A stretch of DNA of 46,446 bases from Chromera velia (Eukaryota): the NCBI GenBank assembly GCA_018398765.1, contig JAHBMJ010000524.1, forward strand, positions 1-46,446, read 5' to 3'. The translations under genes and the position numbers were made by a program. Position 1 is the stretch's first letter; every line of letters starts with the position of its first letter. The notes under the pieces are model-generated. The model was not told the DNA's origin and did not search any database. It saw nothing but the letters and a program-made list of their open reading frames with translations. Shown in pieces: positions 27,001-38,360 of this stretch.

Positions 27001-28630
27001 CCAAGACAGTGAAAACTGAAGCCCCCTCCACCAGGTGAACTACCTCGTCGATGCGAGGCATTGGGAACCCGTCTTTCTGCGTGGCTGCATTCAGCTTCCG
27101 AAAGTCGAGACAAAAGCGGATTGTTCCATCAGGTTTAGGGACTAACACCATCGGAGTCGCCCATATGGAGGACGAGGGTTCAATCAGCCGTGCTTCCTCC
27201 ATCTGCTTCAATTCCTCCCTCAGCATCTCTCTCTGGCTGTAGGCGACTCTGTCGTGGTACTACCAAATAGGTGGTCCCATCGTGTGCACTTCGTGCACGA
27301 TCTCTTTTCCATCCACCTGCAGCCTTCCCAAATCAAAGCGATGCTGAGACTAAGCATCAGGGAACGAATCAATTACCTCTGCGAGTTGTTTTTGTTGTTT
27401 TGAAGAGAGATGATCAATCTTGGCTCTTTTGGAGACTTCAGGCAAGGACCTGCCTTCAGGTCCTCCTGTCAGCCTTTCCCTCTTTCTCTCTGCCCGTTCC
27501 CTTTCCATTTCTGCCGGTGTCCGTTTGTTTGAGCTGTGAGAGCTTGGTGAGCTCGATGAGCTTTTGATCGCACATACAGCTTGGAAGGATCTCCAAGCTG
27601 CTCTCCAAGCGTACCTATTGCCCAGCATCTCATCCTTCATCCTCTTCCATTGTCCGTTCGTTTCCTTATACTTCTTCTCGAGTTCGCTTTGTCGACCTGC
27701 ATGCCATGCATCTGCCCAGAGAGCCGCCACTGCTTGTTCTCTCGAATTCTCGACGGAGATTGCCTTGGCTATCTCCTGTCCGGCTCCCAGAGTGCATTCT
27801 TCCTCCCCAAAGTTGGAAACTCTTATCTTCACAACTCCTCTTCCTTCTATCTTCAGCACTTGATCAAGGACGGCCAGCTGGAATTTCCCATTCTCCTGCT
27901 GCCATTTCTTTTCAATGTGGATTTCTGCCCCTGACTCAAACCCACTCACTAAACAAACGATCTCCACCTCCGCTCGCCTAGGCGGGATAGAGGAATGCTG
28001 CACAATAGAGACAGGCTGCTGCTGAAGTGAGATTGTGGAAGAGAGAGGGAAGACTGGAAAGTGCGAGTAGATCATTCTGTTGTTCTTCAGGTCGAATGTG
28101 ACATCCTTCTTGTTAGACAGGAAATCCAAGCCCAACAGAAGCTCGATGTCGCTCCCCCGAGTGATGAGAATGTCCCACGGGAGTGCAGGAAGAGTTGATT
28201 GGGGATGGGAGAGGAAAAGCGTCGTCTCCCCCACCACCTCCACATTGGCTCCTCCATACGACATCAAGTCAAATTTCGTCTCCCGAATTTCACACCCACA
28301 TTTTCGTGCAAACGCCTCACTGCTCAATCCGAGACCTGCACATGTATCAAGACATGCAGGGATATATACGCCTTTGTCATTCACATTCCCACTGACACAT
28401 ATTTGAGTGATGCACTGCCCTGTATTATGAATTGCACTCACAGGACAGGATTCACTGCTGGTCATTGCCGGCAGGTCACGTGTCTTCTCTTCACTCTCGA
28501 CTGAAGACCCGGAAGGATGGACAGGACGTGGGGCCTTCAGCCACGCCTGCCCCTCCTGTTTGACGAGCCCCCTCTGTTCTTGTAGAAGCCCTGGCACATT
28601 CTCCAACCCTCTGCCCAAGGATCTGTGCAC
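24002..28630 (-). pseudogene. pol: pol: aspartic protease, RT, RNase H, integrase (H2C2, DDE, GPF), chromodomain-like C-terminus. One frame broken by 5 nonsense codons
   Basis: ACLDTCA (protease). RFCLDFRKLN, YIDD (RT). ADTSD..EKEGL..TDHKAL..ADALSR (RNase H). HDHALFGH..CETCGPC, GMDIVGP, SDRGTNF, TERFNQTL, WRGPF (integrase). [32 protein letters not shown] (chromo-like). ORFs starting at 28630, 27226, 25309, 25045 and 24370 share one frame. Confidence 0.93.
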
Positions 28631-29530
28631 TCAGCTACGAAGTGAGGGCCGTTGTAGACCCGACACTTCACTCCATCAGATAAGCCGCCTCCGCTACCCC
28701 CATTCTGCCCTCCATTCTGCTGCCTGTTTCCCTGCCAGTGGCCTCCCCTGTTGCTGTTCCCTCGGCCTCTGCCTCCTCCGTTGCCCCGGGCTGTTCGATC
28801 TGTCAACCTGAGACTGGAGAGCTGCGACTTGGCCTTGAAGCTGTGAAAGAACACGGGAGAGGTCAGGGTATGCTCCTGCATTGACAGCAGCAATGGGAGG
28901 GATTGGGGTCGCTTTGTTCGGCTGAGGGGCTGTAGAGGGAACCCCGTATGCATTTACAGGGTTCGTGGATGCATACTTTGGGTTGTTCAGCTCGTAGTAG
29001 TGCTGGGCCGTTTTTGAGAGTTCGGTGAAATCTGAGATGTCCCCCTTCTTCATGAGCTCTTCATTTACTTCCTCCAGAAGAATCGCCATGAAAAGTGGGA
29101 TCATTTCCTCCTTGTCTGCCAGTGGTTGAGCGACCCTGTACTGGGATATGAAGGCTTGCTAGAAATTCTCCCAGTCCGTGTAGTGGTGAGGGCGTGGCCG
29201 TGCGATGGTCTTCCACGCCGCCAAACATTCGACTTCCTTTGGACCCTGGCTCTCGAGGAAAGCATCCTGGAGTTCTCTTCTCGTCTTCACAGTCCCTGTT
29301 GCCTTGAGATCCAGCCACCAGCGCAAAGCCTCTCCTGAGAGATGACGACCAAAATATCCGATGGTCGTTGCATCATCGAGATCCAGAACCGTTCCCCCTG
29401 TCTGTTCCATAAAGTTCCGAATCCAGACAGCTGGATCATCGCCTTCAAGTGCCTTTGGGTGCACTTTCGGCTTGTATACTGCACAGCAAGGCTGAAGCTT
29501 CTTTGTGTTTTCCAGCTTGCTGAAGTCCAT
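28537..29530 (-). pseudogene. gag: gag, with one nonsense codon, a frameshift and a degenerate CCHC knuckle
   Basis: ATG at 29530 just after the PBS. Retrotransposon gag-like HLSGEALRWW..ELQDAFLE. RGG/N-rich region and CRVYNGPHFVAEC (C-x2-[C>Y]-x3-H-x4-C). Confidence 0.8.
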
Positions 29531-29591
29531 CTTTCAATACATGCAGAGACGGATGACTGTTGTTTAATTAGAGGTCTCCGAGAAGCGGAGA

Positions 29592-29604
29592 GCTCTAGCT
29601 ACCA
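29592..29604 (-). promoter_or_regulatory. Primer-binding site, probably initiator tRNA-Met
   Basis: Minus strand TGGTAGCTAGAGC, 2 nt after the 5' LTR. TGGTAGC is complementary to the GCUACCA 3' end typical of eukaryotic tRNA-iMet. Confidence 0.75.
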
Positions 29605-29606
29605 CT

Positions 29607-29971
29607 TGTCACGCTCTTAGGAACTAAAGTGAGGACTTACCATACGACTTCACTTATCAAGCTTAACGTACGTGGAGGAATCTGTCCATCAGACCTCCTT
29701 GTTCCTTTCGTATTGTTTTGTTTCAATCTTAATCAATCTTATTCTTTCCATGCATTGACTTGCATACATGCATGCTTCTGTATTTCCGAATTAATTCTTT
29801 TTTCATGAAACCTCAGGGCGTGGGTGACGCCATAGCGGACGGCCTGACGTCTAACCCTTGTGCCCGCGCTTTCTCAAGCACTGGCTCTACTGATTGCCCA
29901 GCGCTGCCCCTTCACCCACTAGTCCGATTTGTGCACACGGTGAACTAATTTCGGTGGAGCTTGCCGTAACA
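29607..29971 (-). repeat. 5' LTR of the Gypsy element
   Basis: TG..CA direct repeat of 23278-23642. Confidence 0.95.
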
Positions 29972-30411
29972 CCTATAACTCGTAACTACTCGTTTCTATA
30001 AAGAACTTAATTTGAATTAATGCTAACTCTACTAATAACTCTATTCAATGTTTGTATAACTTAAACATTTGAATAATATAGCTAGAGTTAAACTTATAAA
30101 TAGACTTATAATAACGGGATACACCCAACTAGTTGCGTGAGTGTAGCGGCTAGCTATATGTTGGCAGATGAGGGCTCATCGAGATAGAGACAGTTAGTCA
30201 GATGGAAGATCTGTCATGCGAGACGTTTGTTGTTATTCCCTCGTTCATTCTGTTTCTGTCAGTCTGACTCTCATGCGACAGAAAGGCGACTGTTGATTCA
30301 TGTGGCTAAATCACATGTAATGATGCGCGCGCTTACTTTGATCGATCGCGGCCCCAGAACGACACACACACGGGCCGGTTCCATCACATTCGGCACGCAA
30401 AGGCGGAGCGC

Positions 30412-33400
30412 TGAACTGCGCTGGTTGGACTTCATGTCTGAGCCAGGCAGCCAGGTAAGACTAGAAGGAAACGGGCGCCAAAGGGCCTAGAATGAACACT
30501 CACAGAGAGCCGATTGATTGAAGTTGTTGGTGCAAGAAGGTATAAGACCGAGTTCGATTTTAGACCGGGTTCAGATTTTTCTAAGTTAGAAGTTCAAGTT
30601 TAGAGCGAGAATCGAATCTAAGGTTCCGAGAGAATCCTCCGACTAGCTTGTAATCCAAATTCCTAAATCGCACTTCAATTTTGCTTTTTCGTTTCAATCT
30701 GATTTTTCGGATTTTTCTGTTAGATATGTTCGTCCGATTTTCTGGATGCATCCGATTTTCCAAACGCCTGATCCAGCGGCTTTGATCATCTTTCAAACTA
30801 GTCTCCATGCAGCTGTAGTTGTTGTAACACTTTCTGTGTCTAACGTACCCCACGTAAGCTTAAACTCGATCGTATGAACCCCGTTCCTGCAATTTCTGTA
30901 TTTATTCATTTTGATATTATTATAAATCAATGTATTTAATTCATTTCTTTTTCTAATCTTATTTCTTCTTTATTTCTAAAAACAACTATTCCTAAAATTT
31001 TTCTAAATAAATTTATTACTTTCTTTATTTTTGATTCTTTCTCTTTATGTTTTATTTCTACCAGCTGGTTTTATCAATTTATTTCATTACATAAAGCCAT
31101 CCATTCTTTACTTTTTAACTAAAAGTGTTAGTGACTTTCTTTATCTTTCTTTGTATATTAACTATATTTTTAAGAGTCTAAACTACAACGGAACACGTCC
31201 CCCTTTCTTAAGGCCGCAGTCCCCGGCGGTTTGATTATAAATAAGTGATAACCTGGTCTGAGGAGCAGGAATGACTTGAGCGATTTCCGTAGACTGAATG
31301 GTGAGCAATTCAGTAAGCAATCATTCAGCATTCAAAATGAGCGATTCATTACATAAATCCTGCCATGCAACAAAGTGGAACGAACGGAACATAACGAAGT
31401 TGAAAGAACAGTCACGCAGAATACAGTGACTGTCCCCCTTTTTTAACATTCTTCTTTCCTTTTGTCGTTTTATTTTTTAGGGAAAATTCAAAGGAACATT
31501 AAGGAAGGACCACTGTAAGGCAACGAAGAGAACTGTTGAGGGAAAGGGCCATAGCTTATCGCAGCATGTCAAAGTGCCAGATTATCCTTCATCAACAAAA
31601 GAAACCAATCAGATTTGATGTCAGAAAAGAGAGCAGAAAACAATTTGACAGCGGAGCAAAACAGCAGTAGAAAGAAAAAAAAAAAAAAAAAGTTCTTCTT
31701 CTATCATTTTTCTGCCCTTAGTACGTGCCCCTCTCTTATACAAAGGCAATTCCACACGTCTTCTATCCAGCGAAGTTGTACCGAGTTCTTGTGTGGCACT
31801 GCCCCTCTCTAGGCATAGGAAGGATCCGCAGATGTCTTCACTAAGTCTTTCCAGTATGCTCGTCGACGAAGTTCCATAAGGACCCACGCAAGGTCCTTGC
31901 TATCCTAATCTACACGTTGGCGCCTACTTAATTTTCATTTCTTTTACCAGCCAGCCATCAGCCAATCAAAATGGAGCGAAAGCTTCCAAAAGAGACAAGA
32001 ATAGATATTTCGCCTTTGTATGCAGTCACCGTGACTGGGTGGTGTCTTGTGGATTCAGTGTTTCTCAACAATGTTCAAATTCTCACACACAGTCAACAGC
32101 GAACACTTCATTCCCAAGACCTTCCTTTAACTCAGTTTCTTTGCTTCTATTATACTGATTCATCAGTGCATCCTCTAAACCTTTATTTTGACCTCACTCC
32201 TTGAGGTGCATTGCTTTGGAAGCTCGATCATTCGCTTCATGATCGGCAATCGTCTGCGTATATCTGCGTCCAATCCTTTCAGTGACACCTTTTCACTTTC
32301 TGTCGAGAGGAACGGTGCGACCGGGGCTTACCGACCACGGAAGGAGCCCGGCCACGCGGCAGCAGTCACATTTGGTCACACTTTTGATCACACTTCGTCT
32401 TTCAAAGGTCAGGCCTGCCGTTCCCTCGGGGGTATCAGATTGGCCCAGCACTGCGCCTTGTGCATCTTGTACATCTGATGGATCTCAACACCCCGGCTCG
32501 ACTTCGAGATCGAAAGATCCAGTCTTGTCAGCATCAGAAAGCGTCACAGTTCACACCAGAAAGAACTCTTTCAGCTCTGCTCTCTCAGAGAGAAATCCCG
32601 ACGACTTCATTGAGCAACCAAGAGTGGTTGTTGGGCCGTGGCACACTCAGCCTTCTGCTGAATGCCCATACCTTTCGCATCGTCCGTTTCAGATGCAAGA
32701 GGTCAATCGCACCGAGGTGCCAACCACAGTGAATGGGTGTGTGTTATGGCGGCCAGTCCATGCATACGATTGGTCTGTTTATTTTTTTTTGTGTGCACAC
32801 AGTTGTCTCGAGTCTGGCATGCATGTGTATCATCCCACCACATACTAAGTCTTACTTCACACACACCTTTTTCACCCAATCTTCCATTCCCCAACAAAAG
32901 GTTTCTTTATCGATACACAAGCAACTTATCCTGAGCCTCCTAAGGCTTGCTCCATCGTCGCCAGCTAGCAAGAGGTCCAAGCTCCAGCGAGGTTCAGAAG
33001 TTCCACAGTTCCGATTCAATGGTCGCTCCATCCGTTGTTTCAGTTTGCAGAGAGGGCTGATTCTCAGAGGGATGTCGACCCCCACAGAGGCGCTCGTGCC
33101 TGTACGAGACTGCTATTGTTTTTCTTAGAGGGTTTGTGGGGAGGAGTTTCATCTGCGAGTGCAGAGGTTGCTGTTCGATTCGGGAAAGAACTGCTGGCTT
33201 GACCAAAAAGGTCAGTCATTTTCGGTCACGCGGCGTCTCATGATAATTTGGTTGCGTGTGCCCCGGCATTCCACCGCGCGGCGGGGGAGGAGTCACGTGC
33301 GTGGACCCAAGGAAGCAATTGACCCCGCGCTATTTGGATTCAGCGCGTGAAGGTCAGTCAATCATCTTTGGCGAGAGTCTTAACCTTTCCTCTTAATTCT

Positions 33401-34916
33401 GTATTGTTTCACCAATGTCTGTCTCGGGAGCGCAAGCTCCACATGGTACTAAGGCTGGGATAGAAAAGAGAGAAACAAAGAAAAATGAACAGCGCTTCGC
33501 GGTTTGCTCTGGTTTTGTTTGGGTGTCTTTCTCAAAGGACAGAAGACGGAAGAAAACGAAAATTCAGCAGCGCTTCGCGGTTTGCTCCGTTTTGATATGA
33601 TTTTTTTCTAAGTCAAGGGTGACGGTCCTCTCAACTCGAGGGGCTCTTTGTGGTTGACGAAGGCATTAGAGCGTACCAGAAGCTGGGTGTGAAAGCGTGC
33701 CGATATGGATGGAGTTGAGAAGGAAGAAAAGGAAGTCTGGGGACAGCAGGGTCCAAAGGAGTGACAGCTGCCCGCACACAGGTGAAGTCTCTTCTGAAAG
33801 GTCTCCAGCGAGTGGCAGAAGGAACTGCCAGATCCAGCGCTTGTAGGTGTGCTTGGATGAAGAGAACTCTTTGGTGTCGGTTCCTGAAGAGGAGTGGTCG
33901 GCCGTACAGTTCGACCTCTAGTTTGACCTTCTCTCTCGGTCTCTTGTTGGAGGTCCCGGCAAGGAAGAGAGTTTCTGAAGTTGCCTGAATGGAAATCTTC
34001 CAAGTGTCTGTGCTGAGAGACTCGATTGGTCTCCAGCTAGTTTCGCTCTTTGCAGGTTGTGTTCAACTCTCGCGGCAAGTCACCACGTGAACTGCGCTGG
34101 TCAGACTTCGTGTCTGAGCCAGGCAGCCAGGTAAGACTAGAAGGAAACGGGTGCCAAAGGGCCTAGAATAAACTCTCACAGAGAGCCGATTGATTGAAGT
34201 TGTTGGTGTAAGAAGGTACAAGACCGAGTTCGATTTTAGACCGGGTTCAGATTCTTCCAAGTTAGAAGTTCAAGTTCAGAGCGAGAATCGAATCTAAGGT
34301 TCCGAGAGAATCCTCCGACTAGCTTGTAATCCAAATTCCTAAATCGCACTTCAATTTTGCTTTTTCGTTTCAATCTGATTTTTCAGATTTTTCTGTTAGA
34401 TATGTTCGTCCGATTTTCTGGACATGTCTGATTTTCATGACATGTCTGGTTTTCCGGACACGTCCGATTTTCCGGACGTGTTCGATTTTCTAGACGCCTG
34501 ATCTAGCGGCCTTAATCATCTTTTAAACTAGTCTCCATACAGCTGTAGTCGTTGTGACACTTTCTGTGTCTAACGTACCCTACTTAAGCTTAAACTCGAT
34601 CGTATGAACCCCGTTCCTGCAATTTCTGTATTTATTCATTTTGATATTATTATAAATCAATGTATTTAATTCATTTCTTTTTCTAATCTTATTTCTTCTT
34701 TATTTCTAAAAACAACTATTCCTAAAATTTTTCTAAATAAATTTACTACTTTCTTTATTTTCGATTCTTCCTCTTTATGTTTTATTTCTACCAGCTGGTT
34801 TTATCAATTTATTTCATTACATAAAGTCATCCGTTCTTTACTTTTTAACTAAAAGTGTTAGTGACTTTCTTTATCTTTCTTTATATATTTCTAAGAGTCT
34901 AAACTATAATGGAACA
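30412..34916 (-). mobile_element. Non-autonomous LTR retroelement (LARD/large-TRIM-like), 4505 bp
   Basis: LTRs 30412-31195 (784 bp) and 34088-34916 (829 bp), both TGAACTGCG...GGAACA. 4-bp TSD GCGC (30408-30411 / 34917-34920). Minus-strand PBS TGGTGACTTGCCGCGAGA from 34085 and PPT AAGAAAGGGGGACG at 31196-31209. No RT or integrase motifs in the 2.9-kb interior. Confidence 0.9.
34061..34085 (-). promoter_or_regulatory. Extended primer-binding site (tRNA 3'-end-like; identity uncertain, possibly Leu)
   Basis: Plus strand GTTCAACTCTCGCGGCAAGTCACCA resembles a T-loop, T-stem, acceptor stem and ACCA, 2 nt from the LTR. Confidence 0.65.
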
Positions 34917-35773
34917 GCGCTCGCTGATGCTCGCACCACGTCGGGCATACACGTCACAGTGAGTGCCTTGGGGGGCCATTTAGGGGGTCGGCTATAATTT
35001 CATTGTTACAAACTATCAGGGGCTTAAGCATGTCTTACCTACATAGGCAAGTGACCAGTGGAGGCCACGGTAACGCACGCAAAATGTGCTTTCTGGGACC
35101 GTATGTGCATGAATATAATACATGCAACTCTGTACAAGTTACTTGAGGGGCACGTATCCTGATGTACGAGCGCGGATCGCGTTTAAATACGATTATAACT
35201 CCGTGCGAGTTGCTTAAGGGGCATATTTTGGAATTAGGGTGACACCGTGACAGATAAACAAACAGACAGACACTGAACCCCCCCCCCAAAATTGAAAAAA
35301 ATGCGTTATGCGAGTGCGTGCGATCTTAGGGCCTCTCGGCTAATCTTAGCAGAGCTGAGCTGCCCCCGGGGGGGGGGCCCCGAGACGATCCGGTCTGACA
35401 GTTTAAAATATGAATGAATGGATAAATGAATGAATGGATGAATAAATGAATGAATGAATAAATGAATGAATGAATGAATTAAGGCCTAGGCTAGGGCCCA
35501 GATTAAGGTAGTTAAAACCGGTGAGCACACATATTGTTGCAAGCTTCGCACCCCTAAATAATCCTAGAAATAATCAAACACGATGTGCCCGCTCGGATGT
35601 GGACCGCAAAGATAACTTGAAACGTCAAGACTGATGTTACGTTGACAGTGGACTGGACAATTCGCGTTTCCCAGTCTGAGTCTGCAATGAATGCGTCCAT
35701 CAGATGTGAGCATGCAGATTCTGGACCCCGGCATCAACAACGTAATAATAAATAATCAAATAGTATGGCAGCA

Positions 35774-37685
35774 CTACCATGATGGAGGCGCACGAGCGTT
35801 TGACTCTTTCCTCTCTTCATTGCCATCTCCTCTTTCCATTTCATCCAGAGACGGACTCCCTTTTTGCTCTACAAAGCAGCAAGGAGACGTGCAGACAAAA
35901 CACCCAAATTTCCACAACACTCCCAACACAGTGAAGACGATGGAAATCACAAGGGTCGCTCCTCCCTTGTAACTGCTCAAAGTCAGAGACGTCAGAATCA
36001 AAATCACAATCTCAGACAGAGAAAGGCAAAATGCAGCGAGACGGATACGCCACAAACGCTCCCACGGCCTGACTCTCATGAATTGCACAACTAAATCCTC
36101 CCGTACAAGCCAAAAATTCGCAACATCCAACAAGGTAAGAAATGCCACAGTGAGACCAAACCAATAAAACCTTAAACTCCCCAGATCTTTCGACAAACGG
36201 AACATTACCCCCGCAACGGCCGCATGCGACACGAGGTCAAAGACAACAACAGACACCCCTCCTAACAGCAGAGTTCTCTCTCGCCTCCTTTCTTCCAACG
36301 GTCCATCCAGGACTAAAAGAAGAGAGGAGACACGACCGACAGCAGACCGAGCTAAACGTCTCTTCCCCCCACTCGACGTTTCTCGTAGCTCCTCCCCATG
36401 CCCCGCACTGTCCACCGTCTCTGCCGTCCATCTATGTCGTCTCCCACGAGAACTATCCATCTTTTCCCTTCTATCTGAAAGGACCACAGACTCCTCTCGG
36501 TACCCCTCTACTTCACAAGGAAACCCCATAAAACGAGGGACATCCTCCAAAGCCCCCCGACCCCACGTGAAGGCACTGCAAGGGTCCATTGCTCTTCTCC
36601 TGTCCCCCGGTCCTTTCTGTTCTTCTACCTCAGCAGCAGAGAACGTGCGAGGGAACGACCTCCAGGCAAAGAGAATCCCGAGGAACCAAAACCACATCAC
36701 GTTCAATGCAAGACGAACAGTGGGCACACGGTCAGAGTGACGGTTGCGGAAAAAGAGACCCGCAGCCCACGAGGCACTCATGGAAAGTGCAGACAAACAC
36801 GAACCTGCCAACGTCAGATTCTGGCTCGTCTTTGTGGATGGAGGGAAGAGAAGAGCATACAGCTGCAGCACAGGTGCCTGTGTCAGCAGCTCGAAAAAAA
36901 AGATGGTGTATCTCACCTGATCCTGCTTCAGTTCGGTGAACAACTCACCGGTAGCAGAAAGATGAAATGAAAAAAACGAAGCAGCCACAAAGCCCATCAC
37001 GGGAGGGCACACGAAACACAAAGCATAAAACACAAACTCAGCAATTCCCCGAAAGGTCGATAATTCTCGAACGTACGTATTCCCACAATCCACCAAACTC
37101 CAAACTTGTCGTACAACCCAAACACCCAAGGCAGAAATCCAGAGTATGATCACGACCAGAGGCATCTCATTAAACCTCAGCAGCACTGAGGAGAAGGCAG
37201 ATAAATGAAGGGCAAAGGAAAGGGAGAAGAGAAGACTTGTGCGACGAAGAGTTGAGTCCAAGTATAAAGTCAGGAACCAACCCCCTCTTTCTCTTTCCTC
37301 TTCCACAACTCCCCCCCCCTGTCTTTCTCTTTCTCTCTCTCTTCTCCTCCTGTACCCACAAGGGTGTAGTCTGACACGGAGGCAGAAGCGCTCAGTCCCT
37401 GTGCCTCTCTCCTTCTTCTCAACCGGATCTTTAGAGCTCTCTGTCTGCTTTCCGCTGCTTTCCCGACAGTGTTCTTCTCCCTCCACACCTGCAAGCAAAC
37501 AGAGGGAAAGAACGGGAACACGACTGTCTGTTTGTGTGCTGCGATAGTAATGCTCAAACGACAGGGGAAAACAGTAGGTACATTTGCACAGACAAATTGT
37601 GTGCCGTGCACGGGCCAATGAGGTCATGCAGAGGGTACTAGAGAGAGGAGCGAAGGAGGGGAAACAACAGACACGTGGACAGAGA

Positions 37686-37740
<55 letters not shown>

Positions 37741-38360
37741 TCCCCCTCTTTCTCTCTCTCCCATCATTCAGTCGCCCATTCATCAATGCCTGCATCAATT
37801 CAGACGCATACTTCCTTCATCACGGGCCTTGTCGGGCAAAGGCCCCCCCATTGCCCTCCAAGCCGTTCCCCTCTCATGCAGTGCAACCGAAACGGACCTG
37901 CCACGTCGCCTTCGGAGATCTCTTCCAATTCCCCTTCCTCACAAGTCGCGCAAGCAGACAGAAGGCCCCCCTCCTTCGGGACAGCCCCACGCCCCCTCTC
38001 AGTCTCCCAACTACTCACACTTCCGTCTCTTCTGCCAGAAGCAGAAGTATCCGGACAGACAGGGACACCAAGACCATCGCCTCGGCTACTGGCGGGTCCA
38101 AGGGGACCATCAATTCCACGGCCAGGGGGAGCGGGGCATCTTAAAGAGTCCCGACTTTCAAGACTTCCAAGTCTTTCAGCCGTCTCCGCCGTCTCCTCGA
38201 GCACGGGGAGTCTGTCGTGACCTCTTCCCTCCTCCACATCACACGGTGCATCACAGATCTCAGAAGACTTCTCAGGATCGTCGGGAAGAAAGTTGCCGTG
38301 ACGAGGGGGGAAAGAGAAAGAAAGGGAGGATGAGGGAAGCCGGGGGAACTGCGGTCGCAT
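35774..38360 (-). CDS. Hypothetical multi-pass membrane protein, about 697 aa. Exons 38360-37812, 37488-37356, 37185-35774
   Basis: Phase-consistent GT-AG introns (GAA|GTATGC..TTGCAG|GTG and GTG G|GTACAG..CTCAG|TG CTG) give a 2094-nt open frame. Disordered N-terminus followed by about 9-10 hydrophobic segments split by a hydrophilic loop. Start codon inferred. Confidence 0.72.

Larger units (their letters stand above)
23278..29971 (-). mobile_element. Full-length Ty3/Gypsy LTR retrotransposon with chromodomain-like integrase tail, inactivated
   Basis: 365-bp TG..CA LTRs at 29607-29971 (5') and 23278-23642 (3'). 5-bp TSD CCTAT (23273-23277 / 29972-29976). PBS and PPT present. Domain order gag-PR-RT-RH-INT. 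Confidence 0.97.

Noticed and set aside
25322..28504. Plus-strand ORFs overlapping pol
   Set aside because: Antisense shadows of the retrotransposon coding strand with no independent motifs.
35774..37798. 674-aa single-exon ORF as called in the track
   Set aside because: The N-terminal ~200 aa read through (GA)n-containing introns. The spliced three-exon model fits better.
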